A DNA stretch of 64,000 bases from assembly GCA_021818465.1 (NCBI GenBank), contig JAKAEA010000001.1, forward strand, positions 235,662-299,661. Reading direction: 5' to 3'. Shown in pieces: positions 18,527-27,897 of this stretch; positions within the stretch are counted from its first letter, which is position 1, and each line of letters begins with the position of its first letter. This DNA is from a bacterium (GTDB lineage: Bacteria; Patescibacteriota; Minisyncoccia; Phycocordibacterales; JAKAEA01). The notes beneath the pieces are model-generated. The model was not told the DNA's origin. It saw nothing but the letters and a program-made list of their open reading frames with translations, and made no database searches. The position numbers and the translations under genes were made by a program.

Positions 18527-20131
18527 ATGACTTTTGTATTCAATATAGATATTCTATCGGTTGGAATTGCGATTGCGGCTAATATAATTCTTGGTTTCGT
18601 AATTTTTGTTTCAAACAAAAGAAATATTACTACAACTCTATTTTTTTTACAGACAATTATATTATCTTTATGGAGCGTTGCTAATTATTTAACATATCAG
18701 ATTACTGATTTACAAATATCTTTATGGATGGAAAGAATGGTTATATTTTTAGCTGTTCCTAATTCGATTGTTTTTCTTTTACTTATGTATCATTTTCCTG
18801 AAAAACGCTGGTTGCTTTCTAGGAAAATAACACTTATTGGATTCGTTGTTGTTGTAAGTACAATGTTTTTAACATTAACTCCTTATATTTTTTCGGGCGT
18901 GCGATTAGTTGCTGGTATTCCAACTCCACAACCAGTAGTTCAGCCAGGGATTCTTTTATTTGCTGTAGTTTCGGTGCTCTCAATTCCGGTTGGAATTTAT
19001 TTCTTAATTGTTAAGTATGTAAAAAGTACTCAATTAAATAAATCACGAATTGGTTATTTGTTATTGGGAGCAATAATTATGTTTCTTTTTATTGTAATAT
19101 TAGATTTTGTATTTCCGGTCTTCATAAACGATACTCAATTTATTCCTTTTAGTGCAGTTTTTACCTTTCCTTTTGTAGGATTTACTTTTTATTCAATCTA
19201 TAGGCATCAACTTTTTAATATACGAGCAGCGTTAGTGGCTGGTCTAACATTTATTCTTTCTGTTTCAGCTTTCATTGAAATAATTTTTTCAACAACAGTG
19301 TCGGTGATAATTTTGCGTAGTGCGGTCTTTATCCTTGTGCTGGCTATCAGTATTATGATGAATCGTTTTGTGCAGACAATTGCTGAACAGCGTGAAAAAT
19401 TGGTAGTTGCCAATGAGGGTCAACAACAATTCATCCACTACCTCAATCACGAGTCAAAGGGGTACTTGACTGATGACAACGTAGTGCTCGCGGCGGTGCG
19501 GGATCAGGATTTCGGGCCGACCTCGCCGGAACTGCAGAAGATGGCCACCACCGTGTTGCGCAAGAACGCGCGGGCGGTGGATGATATTGACGAAATGATT
19601 CTCGGCGCCGACCTCGGCAGCGGGGTGGTGCGCTACACTATGGAGCCGTTTGATCTGGCTGCCGCGACACGCACCTTTGTGGACGAGTATCGACCGGACG
19701 CTGAGGAGAAACAGCAGAAGCTGGAGTTTCGTTTGGAACCGGCCGACGGCGACTTTACGGTGGTGGGCGACAAGCGACGCCTCATCCGCCATGCCCTGAA
19801 AAATTATCTCAAGAATGCCATCGTCTACACGCCCGTCGGCGGAACGATTAGTGTGACGCTCTCGCGGGTGCCGGCGGCGAAGGCGGGCGAGCCGGCGCGC
19901 GTGCGGCTCGCCGTGCACGACTCGGGTGTCGGTATTGCGCCGGAGGACAAGCCACGACTCTTTACCGAGGGTGGCAAGGGTCTCCATTCTACCGACGTCA
20001 ATCCCAACTCCACTGGCCGCGGCCTCTTCATCGTCAAGCAAATTTTGGACGCCCACCACGGCCGCGTTTTTGCCGACTCCGAGGGCGCTGGCAAAGGCGC
20101 GACGTTTGGGTTTGAGGTGCCAGTAGGGTAG
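18527..20131 (+). CDS. membrane sensor histidine kinase (polytopic N-terminal sensor, C-terminal HATPase)
   Basis: About 7 TM helices, then an H-box-like IHYLNHESKGYL and an HATPase_c domain (HDSGVGIAPEDKPRLF, GRGLFIVKQILDAHHGRV, GKGATFGFEVP). No response regulator is adjacent. The 3' ~700 nt are strikingly GC-rich. Confidence 0.75.
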   Translation: MTFVFNIDILSVGIAIAANIILGFVIFVSNKRNITTTLFFLQTIILSLWSVANYLTYQITDLQISLWMERMVIFLAVPNSIVFLLLMYHFPEKRWLLSRKITLIGFVVVVSTMFLTLTPYIFSGVRLVAGIPTPQPVVQPGILLFAVVSVLSIPVGIYFLIVKYVKSTQLNKSRIGYLLLGAIIMFLFIVILDFVFPVFINDTQFIPFSAVFTFPFVGFTFYSIYRHQLFNIRAALVAGLTFILSVSAFIEIIFSTTVSVIILRSAVFILVLAISIMMNRFVQTIAEQREKLVVANEGQQQFIHYLNHESKGYLTDDNVVLAAVRDQDFGPTSPELQKMATTVLRKNARAVDDIDEMILGADLGSGVVRYTMEPFDLAAATRTFVDEYRPDAEEKQQKLEFRLEPADGDFTVVGDKRRLIRHALKNYLKNAIVYTPVGGTISVTLSRVPAAKAGEPARVRLAVHDSGVGIAPEDKPRLFTEGGKGLHSTDVNPNSTGRGLFIVKQILDAHHGRVFADSEGAGKGATFGFEVPVG

Positions 20132-20255
20132 AAAGCGCTAGCATCTTGAAATATTGACAAAATAATATATAGATGATAAAATAAAAACAGATTCTTAACT
20201 CTGGGCGTTCCAGAGTGATCGGGTTTTTTCAAGTTCTCTTTGAAAGGAGAATAAT

Positions 20256-20633
20256 ATGAGTATCTCTATTTTTCGAAGGATGACTACAGTGTTTTTTGCA
20301 ATGGCAATCCTGAGTCTCGGTTTGTTGACTGGCTGCACGGAAAGTCAGGGAACATCGGTCAATGAGCTGCAAACTGAAATTTCGTCCATCAAAGATGGAC
20401 AGACGACAGAAAAACAGCTTATTGCTGCTCTCGGCCAACCTTACATGGTCAAGACAAATCTGGACGGGACGGAGACCCTTGGCTGGATGGGGGCGCAAGA
20501 GCATCAAAACGCCCTCCTATTGCTGACTGCAGTGGGGGTGTCGGCGGGGCATTCATACCACTCAAGGACTCTTGATGTGGTCGTGAAAAATGGTGTGGTT
20601 ATTAGTCACACTATTGTGACTAATAATCAATGA
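20256..20633 (+). CDS. lipoprotein, possibly SmpA/OmlA-like
   Basis: RBS GAAAGGAG upstream. Signal peptide with lipobox LLTGC. Confidence 0.55.
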   Translation: MSISIFRRMTTVFFAMAILSLGLLTGCTESQGTSVNELQTEISSIKDGQTTEKQLIAALGQPYMVKTNLDGTETLGWMGAQEHQNALLLLTAVGVSAGHSYHSRTLDVVVKNGVVISHTIVTNNQ

Positions 20634-20654
20634 TAATGACGAGGTTATTGCTTA

Positions 20655-20687
20655 CCGCCGCGTTTCTCTGAAACGCGGCGGTTTTTG
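20655..20687 (+). terminator. rho-independent terminator
   Basis: ACCGCCGCGTTT-ctctg-AAACGCGGCGGT followed by TTTTTG. Confidence 0.75.
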
Positions 20688-20730
20688 TATGTATTTGAAT
20701 CAGTGCAAGCGTGAGGGTATACTTGAATAT

Positions 20731-21333
20731 ATGAAAAAAACAATACTCATTAGTATTCTTATTATAGTGGTGGCGGTGATTATTTGGGCACTGGTGGATT
20801 TACGTTCAGCAACAGCGCCGACAATTCAATCACCAGTGAGTACTCTGCCCGACGCCGGCATGCTTCTTAGTAATGCCACCTACTCATTTTATGGTGACAC
20901 ATTCACACTCGCAAACGGAGCGGTGACACTTCAAGGACACGCTTTCGCAACAAGTTCGGCAACAACAACCATGCCGCTTATTCCTATGGGGTATAATCTC
21001 GCGGCTACGTCTACAGGTACTATTGGACCAAGTGGCGAGCCTGGTGCGGTGGCCGCACTGTATCGTGGCTTCGGCGCCAATCTTCAATGGACAACACTCT
21101 TTTTGTTTGCTCAAAATGCTGATGGCACTATTCACCAAATTGCTTCCGGTGTGGCCTATCAAGGTGATGCAAAAATTCAGTCGGTCTCGCTCGATAATGG
21201 CTCTATTACACTCTCTTTACTTGTAGTGAGTGCTGCTGATATGCAGAAGCCGCATTATGAACAAGTACCGACGCAACCAACCACTTTACATTTTACTGTT
21301 TCAGGTGATCGTATAATTCCTGCCACAAAATAA
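20731..21333 (+). CDS. hypothetical secreted protein
   Basis: N-terminal signal anchor MKKTILISILIIVVAVIIWALV. Start moved to the ATG at 20731, downstream of the terminator. The ORF-track start at 20689 overlaps the terminator T-tract. Confidence 0.5.
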   Translation: MKKTILISILIIVVAVIIWALVDLRSATAPTIQSPVSTLPDAGMLLSNATYSFYGDTFTLANGAVTLQGHAFATSSATTTMPLIPMGYNLAATSTGTIGPSGEPGAVAALYRGFGANLQWTTLFLFAQNADGTIHQIASGVAYQGDAKIQSVSLDNGSITLSLLVVSAADMQKPHYEQVPTQPTTLHFTVSGDRIIPATK

Positions 21334-21387
21334 ATATTTTTCTAAAAATTATGTATTAAATTGTATATTTAAAAAAATCGGAAACAA

Positions 21388-21603
21388 CTACCATACCGAT
21401 TCTTTTAGAGCGTGTCTAAAATCATGTTGCTCGCTCGTTGACATATGTTTCATTGTATTCGGATGGACGTTTTGCATATGTCGCCATAATGCTCCCACTA
21501 CATTTTTGATTGATGAAGAAGTTATGACGTTACCGCAAACATCGCATGCCGCAATCTTTGTATCCTGCGTTTTTACTTTTGTTTTTTTGTAATCATCGTA
21601 CAT
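21388..21603 (-). CDS. small C2H2-like zinc-finger protein (hypothetical)
   Basis: CDVCG...HMQNVH pattern. 71 aa. Confidence 0.3.
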   Translation of the reverse strand: MYDDYKKTKVKTQDTKIAACDVCGNVITSSSIKNVVGALWRHMQNVHPNTMKHMSTSEQHDFRHALKESVW

Positions 21604-21824
21604 ATTTTTTATTTTTTAAAATTAATAATTATATGCATGTATAACGATCGACACAACGCTATTGTGTGCACCGCTATGGCTCACTTGGTATACGACAGGT
21701 AATAGTGTGTGAAATTACATGTTCCGCATGTAAGTGTTTTTTATTAGCTTCGTCTATATAAACAGTGGCTTGTAGTACGGCTTCTTAACATCACTTTATA
21801 TTATTAGCCTAAATTATTTTTTAT

Positions 21825-22556
21825 ATGAATACACGCGTATTTTTTGTAGCAATTGCTCTACTTTGTGCCGCATCATTCGGTGGAATAATACCGGCTATTG
21901 CATTTGCTCAATCTTATCCAACATACTCATCTAGCTCTAGTGGTACGTATACCTCTGTGCTTGGTACCAACGGTATTGTGTATACCTATAATGCGAATAC
22001 CGGTACATATATGTCATCTCCTACTGGTGTTGCCTATAATCCGATAACGCAAATGTATACCTATAATGGTGTTACTTATTCCTACAATCAAAATACGCGT
22101 TTGTATACGGCGCACGGTGTATTTTTTACGTTTAACGCCTCCACAAATACGTTTACGCCGATTACAAACAGTGGTGTTACGACAACTACAAATGCTTCAA
22201 ACAGTACAATCGTTTTCTACACCAAAACTGGTACGCCAATATATGCAACACAAGGTGCATCTATCCCGGCTGGCCTTTATTACACCGCACGTGGTCGGCC
22301 CCTCTATTACTACGGTAATGGTTACTACTATAATTCCACTACACAAACGTATGGCAGTATTAACAATCCGAGTTTTATTAGTACAACGTATCCATTAACA
22401 ACTACGGTTGCTACACCTGGCGCACCCAATACTGGTGAAGGAGGCAATGCGCCGCTCAACTGGACATTACTTATACTCGCGGCCATTATTACTCTTTCTG
22501 GATCCACATATTTTGTGCACCGAGCGGTGGTAGCTCAGCGTACTATTTCTAAGTGA
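21825..22556 (+). CDS. surface protein with Tyr/Thr/Asn-rich repeats and a C-terminal sortase sorting signal
   Basis: Signal peptide and YTYNxNT-type repeats. The C-terminus is APNTGEGG, then a hydrophobic segment, then the basic tail HRAVVAQR. The sortase gene overlaps it by 4 nt. Confidence 0.6.
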   Translation: MNTRVFFVAIALLCAASFGGIIPAIAFAQSYPTYSSSSSGTYTSVLGTNGIVYTYNANTGTYMSSPTGVAYNPITQMYTYNGVTYSYNQNTRLYTAHGVFFTFNASTNTFTPITNSGVTTTTNASNSTIVFYTKTGTPIYATQGASIPAGLYYTARGRPLYYYGNGYYYNSTTQTYGSINNPSFISTTYPLTTTVATPGAPNTGEGGNAPLNWTLLILAAIITLSGSTYFVHRAVVAQRTISK

Positions 22557-23140
22557 TGAAAAAGAAAATTATTCCTTTTTTGGTTGGGATCATAACTATG
22601 ACTGCGGCGGTAGGGGGAGTGTCCGTTTTGATCGGTGCGACACTCTATGCTCCAGATGGTCGATTGCCCGAAGTGCATGCGGCTGTTGGCGCAAATAAAA
22701 ATCCCGCGCGTCTTCTCATTCCCAGTTTAGGAATTAATGCTGCGGTGCAGCGAGTTGGTTTAAATAGTCAGGGTAATATAGGTGCACCAGATAATTTTAC
22801 TGATGTGGCGTGGTTTGTGAGGAGTGCTGCGCCGGGAACGGTGGGCGGCGTATCAGTTATTGATGGTCACGTTGATAACGGTTTAGGATTGGCCGGTGTG
22901 TTTATTCATCTGAATACAATTCGTCCTGGTGCAGCGGTGAATGTGGTGACGAAGGGTGGAAAAACAGTGTATTTTAAAGTGACGAATGTTACAGCCTACA
23001 ATTACGAGCGTGTGCCAATGGAAAAACTTTTGCAAACTTCAGGCTCCTCAACAATTCGCCTCATTACCTGCGACGGCACCTGGGTTTCTGATCAGAAAAC
23101 ATACAATAAGCGTTTGGTGGTAACGGCCGTGGAGACGTGA
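22553..23140 (+). CDS. srt: sortase (class E/F-like transpeptidase)
   Basis: N-terminal TM. Catalytic His (VIDGHVD) and the TLxTC-type Cys motif (IRLITCDG). Confidence 0.8.
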   Translation: MMKKKIIPFLVGIITMTAAVGGVSVLIGATLYAPDGRLPEVHAAVGANKNPARLLIPSLGINAAVQRVGLNSQGNIGAPDNFTDVAWFVRSAAPGTVGGVSVIDGHVDNGLGLAGVFIHLNTIRPGAAVNVVTKGGKTVYFKVTNVTAYNYERVPMEKLLQTSGSSTIRLITCDGTWVSDQKTYNKRLVVTAVET

Positions 23141-23261
23141 TGAAATTTTTAGGCCTGTCAAGTTGACATTATTCAAAATTTGTTTTAAAAACAATATAAA
23201 ACAGCCTACTAGAAGCACAATTTAGAACGATGTAGTCAAATGTAATAAAACGGCTACTATA

Positions 23262-23807
23262 TTGTCTATGACCACAAAAGTCGTTTCAATAAAATCAGAA
23301 ACCGACTTTTTAGCAGCTTACGACTGCTATAGTGACGCAGTCTTTCGCTACAGTCTCTTGCGCATTCGAGATAAAGAGTTAGCAAAGGATATTACCCAGG
23401 ATACGTTCTTGCAGACCTGGAAATATTTTCAAGAAAAGGGTCCTATCTCAAATGTTAAGCCCTTTTTGTATACTGTAGCAATACGTTTGATTATTAATCA
23501 AACGTATAAGCATAAGGAACAGTCCCTTGAACGGTTAGCGGAAGAAATAGACTTTGAACCGGTGGATGGCACTACAACAGACGTGGCGGCCAGCCGGTCT
23601 GATCTTTTAGAAGGAGAAGAAGCACTTGCACACATTGAGCGGCTCAATTCGAGCTATCGGGATGTGCTCTACCTACGCTTTGTGGAGGGTTTAAGCCCTA
23701 AAGAAATTGCTCAGGTAATTGGAGAAAGTCGCAACCTCGTCGGAGTGCGGCTCAACCGGGCAATTAAAGCGCTCCGAAAATATCTTCGGGGCGGTCGTCA
23801 TATATAA
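23262..23807 (+). CDS. ECF-type RNA polymerase sigma factor
   Basis: Region 2 (DITQDTFLQTWKYF) and region 4 (YRDVLYLRFVEGLSPKEIAQVIGESRNLVGVRLNRAIKALRK). Confidence 0.8.
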   Translation: MSMTTKVVSIKSETDFLAAYDCYSDAVFRYSLLRIRDKELAKDITQDTFLQTWKYFQEKGPISNVKPFLYTVAIRLIINQTYKHKEQSLERLAEEIDFEPVDGTTTDVAASRSDLLEGEEALAHIERLNSSYRDVLYLRFVEGLSPKEIAQVIGESRNLVGVRLNRAIKALRKYLRGGRHI

Positions 23808-23816
23808 AAGGACGTA

Positions 23817-24068
23817 ATGTTATTCTATCAATCTACTGAAAGGAAATTTTTGAAAAAATACGCGAGCGTTGTGCGCCGCGTTGCTTTGCGGAAAAACGAT
23901 AAAGAGCTTATGCGAAAAAGGCTCTCGGAAGAAATTAAAAGCGCAACGGTGGTAGCGCAGTATAAAAAAAGCATACAACAAGAAGAGGGGAAATTTTTTC
24001 GCGGCTATATTTTCAGAATATTTGGCGCAGTAGTACAAATATACTATTCGTATCGCGATAGCAAATAA
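23817..24068 (+). CDS. hypothetical small basic protein downstream of ECF sigma
   Basis: RBS-like AAAGGACG upstream. 83 aa with no TM helix. Its anti-sigma role is uncertain. Confidence 0.3.
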   Translation: MLFYQSTERKFLKKYASVVRRVALRKNDKELMRKRLSEEIKSATVVAQYKKSIQQEEGKFFRGYIFRIFGAVVQIYYSYRDSK

Positions 24069-24182
24069 AGCTCGTGCTTTATTTTTTAATGCTGTTGTGG
24101 TAGAATTGATTTTGTGATGAGCGACCAAATGTTTGGTCGCCATTTTGTTCTTTGGTTTTTCTAGTTATGAGGAGTATCTGTT

Positions 24183-24605
24183 ATGCAGGCTGCAACTGAA
24201 CCGGAGGTTCAGATAAAACACCTTGGAAATGGAGTGCATGTGGTAACGGGGGATGCATCTGACCAAAGTCTTATTGAGGGACTCAAAAGACTACGGCATA
24301 CTTTTAGTGACCAACTCGTATGCTACGGTTTGCTCTCTGTTGGTGTGACCACCGATATTATTGCTATTTGTTGTTCAGATAATCGTACTTCTTCCCCTGG
24401 TTTTTCAAGAAAACATAGTCGGAAAAATTATGATAAATCTTTCTGGGCGCTTGAAGTAGATCAGCTGGATGACGTTGCTTATTCACTGGTTGAATTTTTA
24501 GGTGAACATCCTGAAATAGACATTGTGCACCTAATTATTAGTATCACGAACGAACAGCATCATACTAATGTTGTTCTTATTGAAACTAAAAACAAGAATG
24601 TTTGA
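24183..24605 (+). CDS. hypothetical protein (140 aa)
   Basis: GAGGAG RBS upstream and a terminator immediately downstream. Confidence 0.4.
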   Translation: MQAATEPEVQIKHLGNGVHVVTGDASDQSLIEGLKRLRHTFSDQLVCYGLLSVGVTTDIIAICCSDNRTSSPGFSRKHSRKNYDKSFWALEVDQLDDVAYSLVEFLGEHPEIDIVHLIISITNEQHHTNVVLIETKNKNV

Positions 24606-24620
24606 AGAAAGCATCTATAC

Positions 24621-24648
24621 AGGACTGCGAAGCGCGCAGTCCTTTTTC
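24621..24648 (+). terminator. rho-independent terminator
   Basis: AGGACTGCG-aagcg-CGCAGTCCT followed by TTTTTC. Confidence 0.7.
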
Positions 24649-24688
24649 TATGTCCCATACTGTTTTTTTATGTTAGGATAGCGATGTT

Positions 24689-27262
24689 ATGCTTGGTCTA
24701 AAAAAGATTTTTAAGAATTATAGCGCGAAAAATATTGCGTCTTTACAGCCGTTACTAGAGAAGATTAACGCTCTGGAGGAGGATATTTCTGCATTGTCCG
24801 ATGAAGCTTTGCGTGCAAAAACGGCGGAATTCAAAAAACGTTTAGCTGATGGAGCAACGCTGGATGATTTGTTGCCAGAAGCCTTTGCAGTGGTTCGTGA
24901 AGCTGCGCGCCGCACACTTGGCCAGCGCCACTTCGATGTTCAACTTATTGGCGGCATCGTGATGCATCGTGGTGGTATTGCTGAAATGAAAACTGGTGAA
25001 GGTAAAACGCTGGTAGCCACATTACCGGCGTATCTCAATGCCTTAGAAGGCAAGGGGGTACACGTAGTGACTGTGAATGATTATCTTTCTCGACGTGACG
25101 CTGTGTGGATGGGGCAGATTTACGCACGTCTTGATATGCGTGTTGGGGTTATCAATCATGAGTCATCGTACGTTTATGATCCGGCGCATGTTGCGGCAGG
25201 CGAAGCGGCAGCATTTAAGGTGGCGCACGAATTTTTACGACCTTGCACACGACATGAAGCATATGCTGTTGATATTACCTATGGCACCAACAATGAGTTT
25301 GGATTTGATTACTTGCGTGACAATATTGAGTATGATCCAGCGAATTTGCGACAATCTGGTTTTCACTACGCTATTGTTGATGAAATTGATTCTATTTTGA
25401 TTGATGAAGCGCGAACGCCGCTTATTATCTCTGCGCCCACAATGGAATCTGAAGATTTATATGCACGATTTGCCAAAATTGCAGATGCGTTGCACGAGGG
25501 AGAGGAACACGAAGATGATGGGGAATCAACTGGCGATTATATTGTAGATGAGAAAAAACGAGCAATTTCTCTTACTGATGCAGGTATTTCTAAAGCAGAA
25601 AAACTTTTAGGCGTAGAAAATATATATACAGAAAAAGGTATCAAGTATGTTCATCATTTAGAAACAGCGGTGCGAGCTAAGGCACTTTTTAAGCGAGAAA
25701 AAGAGTATGTGGTTCGTGATGGGCAGGTAATTATCGTGGATGAATTTACGGGGCGTTTGCAGCTAGGGCGACGCTGGTCAGAGGGTTTGCATCAAGCTAT
25801 TGAAGCAAAAGAAGGTGTTGTTGTGCAAAAAGAAACGCGTACCTACGCTTCAGTAACATTTCAAAATTATTTCCGACTGTATGGAAAACTTGCTGGCATG
25901 ACTGGCACGGCACTGACGTCAGAAGAGGAATTTTATAAAGTATACGGTCTTGAGGTGACAGCTATTCCGACAAATAAGCCAATGGTTCGTACAGATTTGA
26001 ATGATCAAATTTTTCAGACAGAACTCGGTAAATTTAAAGCAGTTGCGCGGCGAATTAAAGAGCTTAATGAACGCGGTCAGCCGGTGCTCGTGGGTACGGT
26101 GTCTATTGAAAAAAATGAATTGCTCGGTCAATTTTTGAGTCGCGAAGGCATCAAACATGAAATCTTGAATGCTAAAAATCACGAACGTGAGGGTGAGATT
26201 GTTGCTGAAGCCGGTCGGCGTGGTGCAGTGACCATTGCTACGAACATGGCAGGTCGCGGTGTGGATATTAAACTTGGTGGGCCTGAAGCAGATGCTGCAG
26301 AGCGTCAAGCCATTGTAGATCTTGGCGGCTTGGCTGTGTTTGGCACAGAGCGGCACGAAGCTCGGCGTATTGATAATCAGCTGCGCGGACGATCTGGTCG
26401 ACAGGGCGATCCTGGCACGACACAATTTTTTGTGTCGCTTGAAGATAATTTGATGCGTGTATTTGCTTCAGACATGATTAAGAATTTGTTGGGTCGTTTT
26501 GGTATTCCCGAAGATGAGCCAATTGAAAATCGTATCATTAGTAAAGCTCTTGAAACTGCTCAAACTAAAATTGAGGGTTTACATTTTGATGCTCGTAAGC
26601 ATACTTTGGAATATGACGATGTATTAAATTTTCAGCGTGTAACTATGTATGATCGACGACGAGCACTATTGCTCGGACACGGTGATATGCTTCGAGAAAG
26701 TATTGAAACAGAATTGCAACTTACCACTGCCCGTGAGGATCTACAGCGTGCTTTTACTGAGAAAAAAGCGACCATGGGCGAAGAGGAATTTTACACATTG
26801 ATTCGTCGGCTACTACTCCAAACTATTGATATGTTTTGGATCGATCATTTAGAAGCAATGGAGTATTTGCGTAATTCGGTTGGTTTGCGTGGCTATGGTC
26901 AACGTGATCCCTTGGTTGAATACAAACGAGAAAGTCTACGACTCTTTAAAGAAATGGAGCAGGGAATTATCGATCAAGTTTTTTCAGTCATACCAACTCT
27001 TTCATCTGCCGCCGCAACGGCCCTGAGTGCCGAAGAGCGTCAGATGCGCGATGTGCAAAAACAAGCGCAATTACTTGGAGGTTCAGCTACTGCCACTGAT
27101 GCTATTCGTACGCAAAATCCAACAGTTATGGCAGGAGCGGTTGGACCAGAACCACTTGGTCGTAATGAAAAGATATTTGTTACTAAACATGGAGTAGAAA
27201 AGGAAATTAAATTTAAACGTCTTGAGCAGTATTTGGCTGAAGGTTGGACTATAAAAAAATAG
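24689..27262 (+). CDS. secA: preprotein translocase ATPase SecA
   Basis: Walker A MKTGEGKT, DEAD-like motor blocks, and an 857-aa length. Confidence 0.95.
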   Translation: MLGLKKIFKNYSAKNIASLQPLLEKINALEEDISALSDEALRAKTAEFKKRLADGATLDDLLPEAFAVVREAARRTLGQRHFDVQLIGGIVMHRGGIAEMKTGEGKTLVATLPAYLNALEGKGVHVVTVNDYLSRRDAVWMGQIYARLDMRVGVINHESSYVYDPAHVAAGEAAAFKVAHEFLRPCTRHEAYAVDITYGTNNEFGFDYLRDNIEYDPANLRQSGFHYAIVDEIDSILIDEARTPLIISAPTMESEDLYARFAKIADALHEGEEHEDDGESTGDYIVDEKKRAISLTDAGISKAEKLLGVENIYTEKGIKYVHHLETAVRAKALFKREKEYVVRDGQVIIVDEFTGRLQLGRRWSEGLHQAIEAKEGVVVQKETRTYASVTFQNYFRLYGKLAGMTGTALTSEEEFYKVYGLEVTAIPTNKPMVRTDLNDQIFQTELGKFKAVARRIKELNERGQPVLVGTVSIEKNELLGQFLSREGIKHEILNAKNHEREGEIVAEAGRRGAVTIATNMAGRGVDIKLGGPEADAAERQAIVDLGGLAVFGTERHEARRIDNQLRGRSGRQGDPGTTQFFVSLEDNLMRVFASDMIKNLLGRFGIPEDEPIENRIISKALETAQTKIEGLHFDARKHTLEYDDVLNFQRVTMYDRRRALLLGHGDMLRESIETELQLTTAREDLQRAFTEKKATMGEEEFYTLIRRLLLQTIDMFWIDHLEAMEYLRNSVGLRGYGQRDPLVEYKRESLRLFKEMEQGIIDQVFSVIPTLSSAAATALSAEERQMRDVQKQAQLLGGSATATDAIRTQNPTVMAGAVGPEPLGRNEKIFVTKHGVEKEIKFKRLEQYLAEGWTIKK

Positions 27263-27271
27263 TGTATTCGT

Positions 27272-27841
27272 ATGCGCTACATGATCGCCTATCTTCTTCG
27301 GGGTAAACCAGCGTGGCGAGTGCGACAGCTTTCTGATGAGTTGGCTGATGTATTTAATCTTGAACCAATTAGTTTACGTATTCCACCCCATCTGACACTT
27401 AAGGCACCATTTGAAACAGGGAGCGAACGTTCTATAGAAGAACTTAAAACTGTGCTTGCACATTTTGTAAAAGGACGCGCGCCGGCGCCACTCACGTATG
27501 ACGGTTTTGGTCAGTTTGATAAACGGGTCGTTTTTGTGTACATCAAGCCGTCGGCGGCTGCCGCCACACTCATCGCCGATCTTACGAAAGAGTTGCGTCG
27601 CTTGCCGTGGATTCGTTTTACTCGTACTGATAACGAAAAACATTTACATGCTACTATCGCCTATGCTGAAAAGCGCAGTCAATTTGAAGATATAAAAAAA
27701 TATTTATCCGATGAAACAGTTCATGTAGAAGGAGCTATTGATAACATCTCTATTCTCATGCAAGAAAAAGACCACACCAGTCCTTGGAAGCTTTATGCGG
27801 AATATTCGTTTGTAACACTTTCGTCAGAGCCAGAGTTATAA
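27272..27841 (+). CDS. 2H phosphoesterase superfamily protein (LigT/2'-5' RNA ligase-like)
   Basis: Two H-x-T/S-x motifs (PHLTLK and HLHATIAY). Confidence 0.65.
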   Translation: MRYMIAYLLRGKPAWRVRQLSDELADVFNLEPISLRIPPHLTLKAPFETGSERSIEELKTVLAHFVKGRAPAPLTYDGFGQFDKRVVFVYIKPSAAAATLIADLTKELRRLPWIRFTRTDNEKHLHATIAYAEKRSQFEDIKKYLSDETVHVEGAIDNISILMQEKDHTSPWKLYAEYSFVTLSSEPEL

Positions 27842-27873
27842 TAAGTGTAAAGGTCGACAGGCAAAACGGGCAA

Positions 27874-27897
27874 AGGGGCCGAAGTACGGCCTTTTTG
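27874..27897 (+). terminator. rho-independent terminator
   Basis: GGGGCCG-aagta-CGGCC followed by TTTTTG. Confidence 0.55.

Larger units (their letters stand above)
11640..19430. other. compositionally distinct AT-rich island (putative horizontally acquired accessory region)
   Basis: By eye, GC content drops sharply from ~45-50% in the flanks to ~33% between ~11.64 kb and ~19.43 kb. All genes inside are accessory-type. No integrase or transposase is present. Confidence 0.5.

Noticed and set aside
11640-19430. YcaO cyclodehydratase, radical SAM or lanthipeptide enzyme that would make the island a canonical RiPP cluster
   Set aside because: No ORF in the island or elsewhere in the window shows YcaO-like, CxxxCxxC radical-SAM or LanB/LanC/LanM features. 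The 530-aa protein has an ANL P-loop (TSGSTGKP), which is not a YcaO signature.
19454-20232. Long minus-strand ORFs (201 aa and 135 aa) antisense to the kinase catalytic domain
   Set aside because: They are Arg/Pro/His-rich low-complexity translations of the kind generated by high-GC DNA. They overlap a well-supported HATPase domain on the + strand.
23817-24068. Anti-sigma factor for the second ECF sigma
   Set aside because: The protein has no TM helix or recognisable anti-sigma (ZAS/RskA) motif. Kept only as a hypothetical protein.
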